Origin: an uncultured Chloroflexia bacterium | Lineage (GTDB): Bacteria; Chloroflexota; Limnocylindria; Limnocylindrales; CSP1-4 | Direction of reading: 5' to 3' | DNA length: 64,000 bases | Assembly: GCA_963746845.1 (NCBI GenBank) | Contig: CAVVCZ010000005.1 | Span: 160,001 to 224,000, forward strand | Part shown: positions 19,404 through 27,866 of the stretch, piece by piece | Layout: each line of letters starts with the position of its first letter | Position numbering within the stretch: position 1 is the first letter of the stretch | Made by a program: the position numbers and the translations under genes | Notes under the pieces: model-generated | Told to the model about the DNA's origin: nothing | Databases searched by the model: none | What the model saw: the letters and a program-made list of their open reading frames with translations, nothing else

Positions 19404-20058
19404 GGAACCCCGCGACCAGCAGGCCGTCGCCGACCGGCAGGATCGTCGCCTGGAACCGCGGGTCGGCGAGCACGGCCCGGTCGAACGCGGCCAGCGCCGC
19501 GGTGTCGGCGTCGCCCGGCGGCGGCTCGACGACGCGGCCACTCCACAGGACGTTGTCGGCGACAACGAGCGCACCAGGCGCGAGACGCGGGACGAGCGCA
19601 TCCAGGTACGCCGGATACTCCCGCTTGATCGCATCGATGAACGCGAGGTCGAACGGGCCGGCGAGAGCGGCTTCGTCGGCGGCGAACGCGTCGAGCGCCT
19701 TCGCGGTCACGACCGTGATCCGATCGTCGTCGATCCCGGCAGCGCGCCACCAGCCGCGGGCGCGGTCCGTGCGGGACCGGTCCGGGTCGATCGTCACGAT
19801 CCGCCCGTCCGCCGGCTGCCCGAGCGCCAGCCACAGCGTCGAGTAGCCGAAGGCCGTGCCGACCTCGACGATCCGCGGCCGGCCGGCGGCGAGGGCGGCC
19901 AGGACCCGCCCCGAGTCCCGGTCGACGATCGGGATCCGCTCGTCGCCCTCCGTGGCCGCGGTCTCGATCGCGGCGAGGGCCGTGGACAGCGGCCGCGCCA
20001 GCGACTCGACCCAGTCGACCTCGCGCGCCCCGGGGAGCCAGCCTCGATCGTTCTTCAT
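19396..20058 (-). CDS. O-methyltransferase (caffeoyl-CoA OMT/YrrM-like)
   Basis: VEVGTAFGYS, FDLAFIDA.K, ADNVLWSG, PVGDGL. Confidence 0.9.
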   Translation of the reverse strand: MKNDRGWLPGAREVDWVESLARPLSTALAAIETAATEGDERIPIVDRDSGRVLAALAAGRPRIVEVGTAFGYSTLWLALGQPADGRIVTIDPDRSRTDRARGWWRAAGIDDDRITVVTAKALDAFAADEAALAGPFDLAFIDAIKREYPAYLDALVPRLAPGALVVADNVLWSGRVVEPPPGDADTAALAAFDRAVLADPRFQATILPVGDGLLVAGFRG

Positions 20059-20065
20059 CTCGTCC

Positions 20066-20902
20066 TCAGACCAGGAGCCCCGCCCCGAAGTACAGGCCCG
20101 CGGCAAGGATCGTCCCGGCCGCGATCGTCCCGACGTTGATGTAGAGCAGCCCGGTCGCCGACTCCATCGAACGGGTCCGGGCGGTCTGGAGGGCCGCCCA
20201 CGACACGACGAGCGGGAAGATCAGTCCCACGATCAGGCGGAGCCAGACGAACAGCGCCCACGGCCCGACGAGGACCGCGAACGGCCCGCCGCCGCCGGGG
20301 CCGGCGCCGGTCGACACCCAGACCGCGAACAGGACGACCTGGAGCGCGACGACCGCGAGGAGGCCGCGGGAGATCAGGATCAGCGGCGCCTCGGGAAGCT
20401 TCGGCGTCACGAGGTACCAGTGGCCGAGGATCATCGCCGCGAAGACACCGCCGGTCGCGATCGCCAGCACGCCGAGCTGGAGCAGGAGCGGCACGGCGAA
20501 CAGGGTGCCGCCGCCCCAGGCCAGGGCCCCGAACACCAGGGCCGCTGCCGCCGCGACGAGACAGGCGACGACCAGCGGAGTGGCGCGCCGGCGTCGGGTG
20601 AGGGCGACGACGTAGATGGCGGCGAGGATGCAGAAGGCGGCGAGCGCGATCCGTCGTGGCGTGTCGAACGTCGGATCGATGTGGATCGGCGAGCCCTGGC
20701 TCGGGATCGGCAGCGCCTGATCGGACAGGTAGGCGAGGATCCCGAGCACGACGGCGCAGGCGGCAGTGAAGGCGAGGAACCCGCGGGTCGCTTCCGTCCG
20801 GAACCGGGCGACCACGACGGCGACGAAGGAGCCGATCGCCAGGCCGGTCAGGACCGTCCAGTTGATGAACGCGAGGTTCTCGGCAATCCGTTCGGCGGGC
20901 AT
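20066..20902 (-). CDS. Polytopic membrane protein of unknown function
   Basis: About 8 TM segments with AMILGHWYL and SATGLLY; TACACT-N6-ATG start. Confidence 0.75.
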   Translation of the reverse strand: MPAERIAENLAFINWTVLTGLAIGSFVAVVVARFRTEATRGFLAFTAACAVVLGILAYLSDQALPIPSQGSPIHIDPTFDTPRRIALAAFCILAAIYVVALTRRRRATPLVVACLVAAAAALVFGALAWGGGTLFAVPLLLQLGVLAIATGGVFAAMILGHWYLVTPKLPEAPLILISRGLLAVVALQVVLFAVWVSTGAGPGGGGPFAVLVGPWALFVWLRLIVGLIFPLVVSWAALQTARTRSMESATGLLYINVGTIAAGTILAAGLYFGAGLLV

Positions 20903-20995
20903 CGACCGAGTGTAGCCGAGGAGCCCGCGACCACCGTCGCGGGCTCCTCGTCGTGGCGTGTCATCCGGGCGGGCCCAGGGCCGCCCGGACCGGGA

Positions 20996-21475
20996 TCAGG
21001 CGTAGCGCCCGGGAAGCAGGCGGCCGTTGTCGATGTACCGCCACGGGTTCAGGCGGTACGAGCCGTGGGCCCACGGCCGGCCGTGCCAGATCTCGACGTG
21101 GAGGTGCGGCCCCGACGCGCAGCCGGTCCGGCCCACGTAGCCGATCGTCTCCGAGCCGCCGGTGACGAGCTCGCCACGGTGGGTCGACAGCGCGCTGAGG
21201 TGGTAGTAGGCGGAGTACAGTCCGTGGCCGTGGTAGACCCAGACCTGGCGGCCGCCGCAGTTGCTCTTCGAGCCGGCGAAGACCACGCGACCGGACCGGA
21301 TCGGGACGACGCGGATGCCCCTGTGGGCCGCGATGTCGATCGCCGGGTGGTGCCGGCTGGCCCACTGGCTGACGTAGGCGGTTCGACTGGCGACGGGCCA
21401 GGCGGCGAGGGCGGTTGCCGGAAGGATGATGGTCGCGAACGACGCGACGACGAGTGCACGGGTGAGCTTGCGCAT
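20996..21475 (-). CDS. Secreted M23 family metallopeptidase
   Basis: Signal peptide, HPAID (HxxxD), YYHL, SGPHLH. Confidence 0.9.
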   Translation of the reverse strand: MRKLTRALVVASFATIILPATALAAWPVASRTAYVSQWASRHHPAIDIAAHRGIRVVPIRSGRVVFAGSKSNCGGRQVWVYHGHGLYSAYYHLSALSTHRGELVTGGSETIGYVGRTGCASGPHLHVEIWHGRPWAHGSYRLNPWRYIDNGRLLPGRYA

Positions 21476-21840
21476 GACGGATCGATGGGCGCGCGCCGTG
21501 GCGGTGCCCCTGCTCCTTTCTGCCGGACGGCGCGCGCGGATGCACGAGCCGACGATCTGACGACCGCGCCCGGCCGGGCAGGAGGCGCACGCGGTGACGC
21601 GCGCACACCAGGGGCGGCGGATGAACGGACCGGTCCACCGGGCTCGACGCGCGCTCGATGCGGCGATGAGCCCTCTGGGGGGTGGTGGCCGGGCGGAAGT
21701 CTGCCATGCCGCCCGGGTTTTGTCAGATGGCCGGCGGCCGAGCCTGCAATCGACGGCGGCTCGCGCGATGATCGACCGGACAGCCGAACCGCCGCCGAGA
21801 CACGGTTGCCGCGGCGGCCCGCCCCTGGAGGTCCGACGCG

Positions 21841-22569
21841 ATGGCGCTACCGGGCAGCACGACGTTCACGTGGTACGGACATAGCTGCTGGGAGGTGCTC
21901 ACACCCGGCGGCCGGACGATCCTGCTCGACCCGTGGTTCGGCAACCCGCTGAGCCCGAAGACGCCCGATGCCGTCGAGCGATGCGACCTGTTGCTCGTCA
22001 GCCATGGCCACGGCGACCATTTCGGCGACTCCCTGTCGATCGCCAGCCGGACCCAACCCACGTGGCCGTGCATCCACGAGATGAGCCTGTGGCTCGCCCG
22101 GAATTACGCCCACCCGGATCAGCTCATCGGGATGAACAAGGGCGGCACCGTCGACGTCGCGGGGATCAAGGTCACGATGGTCCGCGCCGAGCACTCGTCC
22201 GGCGAGATCTACGGCGCCGCCGAGTCCGCGATCTACCTGGGCGAGCCGGTGGGCTTCGTCGTCGAGGTCGAGGACGGGTCTCGGTTCTACTTCGCCGGCG
22301 ACACGGACGTCTTCTCCGACATGCGCCTGATCGGCGACCGGTTCCGGCCGATCGTCGCCTTCCTCCCGATCGGCGGCCACTACACGATGGGCCCGGCGTC
22401 GGCCGCGCTCGCGACCGAGCTGCTGGGCGTCACGGACGTGGTCCCGATGCACTACGGCACGTTCCCGATCCTCGATGGGACTCCCGACGCGCTCCGGACG
22501 GCTCTCGCAGGCCGCGGCCTCGGGCATGTGGACGTCCACCTCACGACCCCGGGCGGCAGCCTGACGTAA
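21841..22569 (+). CDS. MBL-fold metal-dependent hydrolase (UPF0173)
   Basis: WYGHS, SHGHGDH, AGDTD, PIGGHYTM, PMHYGTF. Confidence 0.92.
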   Translation: MALPGSTTFTWYGHSCWEVLTPGGRTILLDPWFGNPLSPKTPDAVERCDLLLVSHGHGDHFGDSLSIASRTQPTWPCIHEMSLWLARNYAHPDQLIGMNKGGTVDVAGIKVTMVRAEHSSGEIYGAAESAIYLGEPVGFVVEVEDGSRFYFAGDTDVFSDMRLIGDRFRPIVAFLPIGGHYTMGPASAALATELLGVTDVVPMHYGTFPILDGTPDALRTALAGRGLGHVDVHLTTPGGSLT

Positions 22570-22785
22570 TCGCTGGCGCGATCCGTGGTGCCGGCCGTCA
22601 CCGTTCGAGGACCGGTCGGCCGCGGTCGGTGACGGTCCGGTGCGGTCGCAGCCCGGACCTCCGGGCGAGGCGGCCGGACCGATAGCCCATTCCTCAGTCG
22701 TGCGCCCGCGCCCGAGGATCGCCGCACGACCCGCCGAGCGGGTCCGACGACGGGTCCCGGACAGGACCGACGGCAGGGGGCGAGG

Positions 22786-23229
22786 ATGCGAACCGGATCC
22801 GCGGGCGTCGCCACGTTTCGCCATGTCGGACTGGTCGCCCTCGAGGCCCTCCTCATCGCCGTCCTCGTCTGGATCGCCGCGATGACCCTCGCCGGCGCCG
22901 GCCATTCGAACGGGCTGGTCGGCTCGGCCGAGGCCGGTCGCAACGCCGGGACGGTCACCGTGAAGCCCGCGATTCGCGGTCAGGCGGCGCTCGTGTCCAC
23001 GACCGGCGCGCCGGACGCCGGCTGGGTGCATCTCGGCTGCACGCAGGGCGAGACGGTCGTCCTCAGCCGGTGGGCCCGCCTCGACGCCCAGGGCCGCGCG
23101 ACGGTCCGCCTCGACGGAAGCCTCGCATGGAAGGCGGGCGACGCGGACTGCGTCGCGGAGATCGGCTACTTCTCGGCGAATGGTCGCTGGCGCGTCGACG
23201 ACGCGGCAGCGTTCACCGCGACGACCTGA
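22786..23229 (+). CDS. Hypothetical exported protein
   Basis: N-terminal hydrophobic segment, beta-rich domain with two Cys. Confidence 0.6.
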   Translation: MRTGSAGVATFRHVGLVALEALLIAVLVWIAAMTLAGAGHSNGLVGSAEAGRNAGTVTVKPAIRGQAALVSTTGAPDAGWVHLGCTQGETVVLSRWARLDAQGRATVRLDGSLAWKAGDADCVAEIGYFSANGRWRVDDAAAFTATT

Positions 23230-23238
23230 CGCCCGAGA

Positions 23239-25317
23239 TCAGCCGATCGGCACCGGCGCGTTGCCGAGGTCGTGCTGCGGGCGTCCGCCGAGGGCCGGCT
23301 CCAGGACACCGTCGTCCACCGCGCCAGGTTCGTCCGTTGCGGCCGGAAGGGACTCCGCGACTGCCGCCGCGCCGGCGACCTTCGGCGGCCAGTTGCTGAC
23401 CAGCTCGAACAGGGTCGTGCGGAGCTCGTTGTCCCGGTCTCCGAGGGCGAGCTCGAGGAGGAGCCGGGCGCGACTGGACACGTCGAGCGGCGGGATTGCC
23501 TCCGCGACGCGGAGAATCTTGTCGACCTCGGTCCGCTCGACGGTCTCGGTTTCGTAGAAGAGGCTCTCGTGAAGCTTCTCGCCGGGACGCAGCCCGGTGT
23601 ACCGGATCGGGACGCTGGTCTCGTCGCGGCCGGTGAGCCGGATCAGGTCGTGGGCCATGTCGACGATCTTCACCGGCTCGCCCATGTCGAGCACGAACAG
23701 GTCGCCCGGGCGACCAATCGCGGCGGCGTCCAGGATCAGCCAGCCGGCCTCCTGCATCGTCATGAAGTAACGGGTCATCTCGGGGTGGGTGATCGTGATC
23801 GGCTCGCCGTTCTCCAGCTGGCTCTGGAAGATCGGCAGCACGCTCCCGGCCGAGCCGAGCACGTTGCCGAACCGGACGGCGACATACGCGCGTCCGGTGG
23901 CCTGCGCGGCATCCGCGACGAGCCACTCGGCGAGCCGCTTCGTCGCACCCATGACGCTCGACGGCTCGACGGCCTTGTCCGTGGAGACGAGGACGAAGCG
24001 GGGCACGTCGGCCTCGACGGCGGCCGCCAGGACGGCCATCGTGCCGCCCACGTTGACCTGGACACCCTCGGACGGGTGCTCCTCCATCATCGGCACGTGC
24101 TTGCACGCGGCCGCGTGGAAGATCACGGACGGCCGGGTCGAGGCGATGAGCCGGGACATGACGGCGCGGCTGGCGACGTTGGCGAGATGGACCGACAGCT
24201 CGCCGGCCCCGCGCCCGTCCATCCGGCGCAGCTCCAGCTCCCGCTGGATCAGGTAGAGCGGGCTCTCGGCGCGGTCGACGAGCACGAGCTGCTTCGGGCG
24301 GAACGCGTAGACCTGGCGGGCGAGCTCCGACCCGATGGAGCCGCCGGCGCCGGTGACCATCACGACCTGGTCGCGGATCGACTCGGCAACCTCGGGGGCG
24401 TGGGTCGTGACCTGCTCGCGGGTGAGCAGGTCCTCGACCTGAATGTCGCGGACGCGATGCGCGTTCCACGTGCCATCGAACAGGCCGTGGACGGGGGGCA
24501 CGGTCCGGACCTGGACCCCGGCCTCGATCGCCTGGTCCATGATCCGGCGGACCACCTCGCCCGAGGGGTTCGGCAGCGTGATCAGGAGCATCCGGGCGCC
24601 GGTCCGGCGGATCGCCTCATCGAGCTGGTCGAGGCCACCGAAGACCGGCAGGCCGGCGACGGTGCTGCCCCGCTTGGCGGGATCGCGATCGAGGAACCCG
24701 ACCGGCTTCACGCCGGCCGCAGGCTCGCGCTTGGCCGAGCGCGCCATCATCGCGCCGGCCCGGCCGGCCCCGAACAGCAGGGCCGGGGTCAGGGTGACGG
24801 TCGTCCCGCCGACGACGGCCCGGGTGCCGACCTCGCTCAACGCGCGCAGCAGGAAGCGGATCCCGCCGATCAGGCCGAGGGTGAACACGAACTCGAGGAT
24901 CCAGAAGGAAGTTGGAAGCTTCGCGGCCATGAGACCGGGAATGAGGTAGAGCGCCTGCGCGAGGATCACGCAGATGATGGTGCCGGTGGCGATCGCGAGG
25001 ACGATCTGGGTCAGCTCGGGAACGCTCGCATGGCTCCACAGCCGGCGGCACAGGCCGAACCGATCGTTCACGATCGGCCGCACGACAAGGGGCAGGAGGA
25101 GGATCGGCCCGTAAGCGCTGGTCAGGGCGGCCCCGACCGGATCTTCGCCTCCGAGGACGAGCGCCAGATAGATCGACAGCACGATGAACGCGAGGTCGAT
25201 CACGAAGAGATGGCGGCCGCGGAACGAGTGGATCACCGGCAGCAGCCGATCGCGCATCCAGCGACCGATCTCCTGGGCCGTGGCCACCGGCGCCATCACG
25301 GCCTCGTGCGAGGTCAT
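23239..25317 (-). CDS. Membrane-bound nucleotide-sugar 4,6-dehydratase (CapD/WbpM/PglF family)
   Basis: N-terminal TMs, TGAGGSIGSEL, STDKAV, MGATK, RFGNVLGS, GLRPGEKLHE. Confidence 0.95.
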   Translation of the reverse strand: MTSHEAVMAPVATAQEIGRWMRDRLLPVIHSFRGRHLFVIDLAFIVLSIYLALVLGGEDPVGAALTSAYGPILLLPLVVRPIVNDRFGLCRRLWSHASVPELTQIVLAIATGTIICVILAQALYLIPGLMAAKLPTSFWILEFVFTLGLIGGIRFLLRALSEVGTRAVVGGTTVTLTPALLFGAGRAGAMMARSAKREPAAGVKPVGFLDRDPAKRGSTVAGLPVFGGLDQLDEAIRRTGARMLLITLPNPSGEVVRRIMDQAIEAGVQVRTVPPVHGLFDGTWNAHRVRDIQVEDLLTREQVTTHAPEVAESIRDQVVMVTGAGGSIGSELARQVYAFRPKQLVLVDRAESPLYLIQRELELRRMDGRGAGELSVHLANVASRAVMSRLIASTRPSVIFHAAACKHVPMMEEHPSEGVQVNVGGTMAVLAAAVEADVPRFVLVSTDKAVEPSSVMGATKRLAEWLVADAAQATGRAYVAVRFGNVLGSAGSVLPIFQSQLENGEPITITHPEMTRYFMTMQEAGWLILDAAAIGRPGDLFVLDMGEPVKIVDMAHDLIRLTGRDETSVPIRYTGLRPGEKLHESLFYETETVERTEVDKILRVAEAIPPLDVSSRARLLLELALGDRDNELRTTLFELVSNWPPKVAGAAAVAESLPAATDEPGAVDDGVLEPALGGRPQHDLGNAPVPIG

Positions 25318-25502
25318 CGAGTGCCTCCAGGGACTCGGCTGGGAGTGGTCCGGCTGGCTGTCGGCAGTGCCAACCGACCCATGGAATTGAACAATGCATG
25401 ACCCCCCAGGCGAAGCGTCCCCTTGACGGCGGAGGCCCCGATTCCCGCGGCTCCACCCGACGTGTTACCCGCTGGCGATCGTAGCCAAAAGGGCCACTCG
25501 TG

Positions 25503-25522
25503 ACTAGGTCCAATTACCTAGT
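25503..25522. promoter_or_regulatory. AT-rich palindrome, candidate operator upstream of the capD-like gene
   Basis: ACTAGGT-CCAATT-ACCTAGT, perfect 7-bp inverted repeat. Confidence 0.5.
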
Positions 25523-25654
25523 AGCGTGAGAAACGGTGCGTGGACGCACCGAGCCCGAACGGGCGTTGTCGCCTCGCCGACACGCGATGACCGGCAGGTG
25601 TTCCCGGGACAACTTGCCGATTCGGCCGCGCTCGCCGCCGCCGCTCGCCCGCCC

Positions 25655-26911
25655 CTAGTTTCGCGCAGGCAGGAGGATCTCGCAGAACGCGCTGACCACC
25701 CGGTCGAGGTCCGCGTTCGTCATCCCCGGCCACAGTGGCAGTGAGATGACGCGCTGGAATTCGCGCGTCGCGACCGAGAGATCGTGCGGCGTCGTCTCCG
25801 GCCGGCGTCGATAGTACGGGTGCAGGTGCAGCGGGATGAAATGAACGCTCGCCCCGATCCCGCGGTCCCGCAGCGCATCCATCACGGCATCCCGGCTGAT
25901 GCTGAGCCGATCGAGCCGGAGCCGGACGATGAACAGGTGCCAGGCGTGTGAGCCGTCGGGGGTGTCGGCCGCGAGCTCCAGGACGTCGTCCAGTTCGGCG
26001 CTCGCGAAGCGTTCGACATAGCCTTTCCGGAGCTCGCGCCGCGCGGCGAGCAGCTCTTCCGCCCTGCCGAGCTGGGCGATCCCGAGTGCGGCCGCGATGT
26101 CCGTCATGTTGTACTTGTAGCCGGCGTCCTCGATCTCGTATGCCCACGTCCCCGCTGCCGTATACCGGTTCCAGGCGTGTCGACTGATCCCGTGCATGGA
26201 CATCAGCCGCACGCGGTCCGCAACGGCGTCGTCGTCGGTCACGAGCATTCCGCCCTCGCCGGTCGTGATCGTCTTCGTCGCGTAGAACGAAAACGCTCCG
26301 ACCCGTCCGATGGTCCCGGCGTATCGACCGTCGAGCGCCGGGATCCGGCTCGGGAACGCATGAGCGGCATCCTCGACCACCGGAATCCCGCGTCGATCCA
26401 GAGAACTGACAAGGTCGCCGATGTCCATCGGCCGCCCGGCCAGGTGGACGGCGATCACCGCCTTGGTCCGGGGAGTCACCGCGGCTTCGATCGATTCCGG
26501 CGTCGCGTTGAGCGACTCGCCGTCCACGTCCACGAGGATCGGCGTGGCACCCCGATAGACGACCACTTCGGCGCTTGCAGCGAAGGTCCACGTCGGGACG
26601 ATGACCTCGTCACCCGGCCCGATCGACAGTGCGTCCAGCGCCAGATGCAAGGCCGCCGTCGCCGAGTTCAGTGCAACCGCGTGGCGGCTCCCGACCTTCT
26701 CGGCGAAGCGCGCCTCGAATTCCTTCGTCCGAGCACCGGTCGTGAGCCAGCCGGAGTCCAGGACCTCGAGCACCGCCGCCCGCTCCACGTCCGTGATCGA
26801 TGGTCGAGCGAACGGCAGGAAGTCCGGCATCGGACGGGCGGCAGATGCACTTGTCCCCAGGCCCGCGACAACGGCATCGGTGCGGGGTACCGACGCGGCG
26901 CCGTCGGTCAT
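25655..26911 (-). CDS. DegT/DnrJ/EryC1/StrS sugar aminotransferase
   Basis: NSATAALH, EDAAH, FSFYATKTITTGEGG, GYKYNM. Confidence 0.95.
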   Translation of the reverse strand: MTDGAASVPRTDAVVAGLGTSASAARPMPDFLPFARPSITDVERAAVLEVLDSGWLTTGARTKEFEARFAEKVGSRHAVALNSATAALHLALDALSIGPGDEVIVPTWTFAASAEVVVYRGATPILVDVDGESLNATPESIEAAVTPRTKAVIAVHLAGRPMDIGDLVSSLDRRGIPVVEDAAHAFPSRIPALDGRYAGTIGRVGAFSFYATKTITTGEGGMLVTDDDAVADRVRLMSMHGISRHAWNRYTAAGTWAYEIEDAGYKYNMTDIAAALGIAQLGRAEELLAARRELRKGYVERFASAELDDVLELAADTPDGSHAWHLFIVRLRLDRLSISRDAVMDALRDRGIGASVHFIPLHLHPYYRRRPETTPHDLSVATREFQRVISLPLWPGMTNADLDRVVSAFCEILLPARN

Positions 26912-27540
26912 CGGAGCACCGCGCGGGCGGTCCGCAGAAGAATGGCCACATCGCCGCCGAGCGAGCGGTTCCGGAGATAGCCGGCATCCAGCTCGATCTT
27001 GCGCGGCAGGATCCGCTCCACGTACATCTGCTCGACGTCATCGCCGCCGAGCAATGCCTCCTCGTCGCGGTACGCGATCTGGGCGGGACCGGTGATCCCC
27101 GGCCGTGCGGTGAAGACGACGGCATGAAGCGGGCGGGTCAAGTCCACGAAGCGTGGATCCTCCGGGCGCGGCCCGACGAGGCTCATGTCACCCAGGATCA
27201 CGTTCCAGAGCTGCGGCAGCTCATCAAGCTTGGTATCGCGAAGGACGCGACCGACGCGCGTGACCCGTGGGTCGCCGCGAGCAGTGACCGCAGTCGCCGT
27301 GCCAGGGGGGGCCGGACGCATCGTGCGGAGCTTGACGACGGTGAAGGGTCGCCCACCCTCACCAACCCGAACCGCGCGGTAGAAGACGGGCCCACGGTCG
27401 CCGGAGACTCGCATTCCCACCGCGGCGGTCGCGATGACCGGCAGGGCGACGATCAGGGCCGGGACGGCGACGAAGAGATCGAGCGCCCGCTTCCAGGCCG
27501 GGAATCCCGCGGCGGGAAGGCGCTCGACGCCGCTCACCAT
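26908..27540 (-). CDS. Initiating polyprenyl-phosphate sugar transferase (PglC-like)
   Basis: KRALD, KLRTM, DPRVT, LDELPQL, GDMSLVGPRP, PGITG. Confidence 0.93.
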   Translation of the reverse strand: MVSGVERLPAAGFPAWKRALDLFVAVPALIVALPVIATAAVGMRVSGDRGPVFYRAVRVGEGGRPFTVVKLRTMRPAPPGTATAVTARGDPRVTRVGRVLRDTKLDELPQLWNVILGDMSLVGPRPEDPRFVDLTRPLHAVVFTARPGITGPAQIAYRDEEALLGGDDVEQMYVERILPRKIELDAGYLRNRSLGGDVAILLRTARAVLR

Positions 27541-27574
27541 CGGGTTGTCTGGTCGCTGCCGCCGGATCCTCCGC

Positions 27575-27865
27575 TCATGGCACCGTCTGCTCGGCAGGCG
27601 TCGCGGGGGTCACGGCCGGGCCGGCGGCGGTCTTCCGCTCCACGAACCTGGTGATCTGACCGATCGACTCCAGGTTCTCCGGAACCATTTCCTCGTCCTC
27701 GACGTGGAACCCGTACTCGGTCTCCAGGAAGACGATCACGTCCATCATCCCGGTCGAGTCGACGATCCCCGAGTCGATGAGCGACCGGTCGTCCTCGAGC
27801 GCGGCCGGATCGGTCACATAGAAGAACTCGGAGATGAACTCGCGGACGCGAGCAGCGACGGACAT
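27575..27865 (-). CDS. Acyl carrier protein
   Basis: SGIVDSTG phosphopantetheine Ser motif, PENLES. Confidence 0.9.
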   Translation of the reverse strand: MSVAARVREFISEFFYVTDPAALEDDRSLIDSGIVDSTGMMDVIVFLETEYGFHVEDEEMVPENLESIGQITRFVERKTAAGPAVTPATPAEQTVP

Positions 27866-27866
27866 C

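Noticed and set aside
24095-25060. Cys at usually Tyr positions in the CapD-like protein (HAAACKH, FGLCRR) as targeted A-to-G change
   Set aside because: Only two sites, positions tolerate variation, catalytic motifs intact; cannot be separated from drift or error
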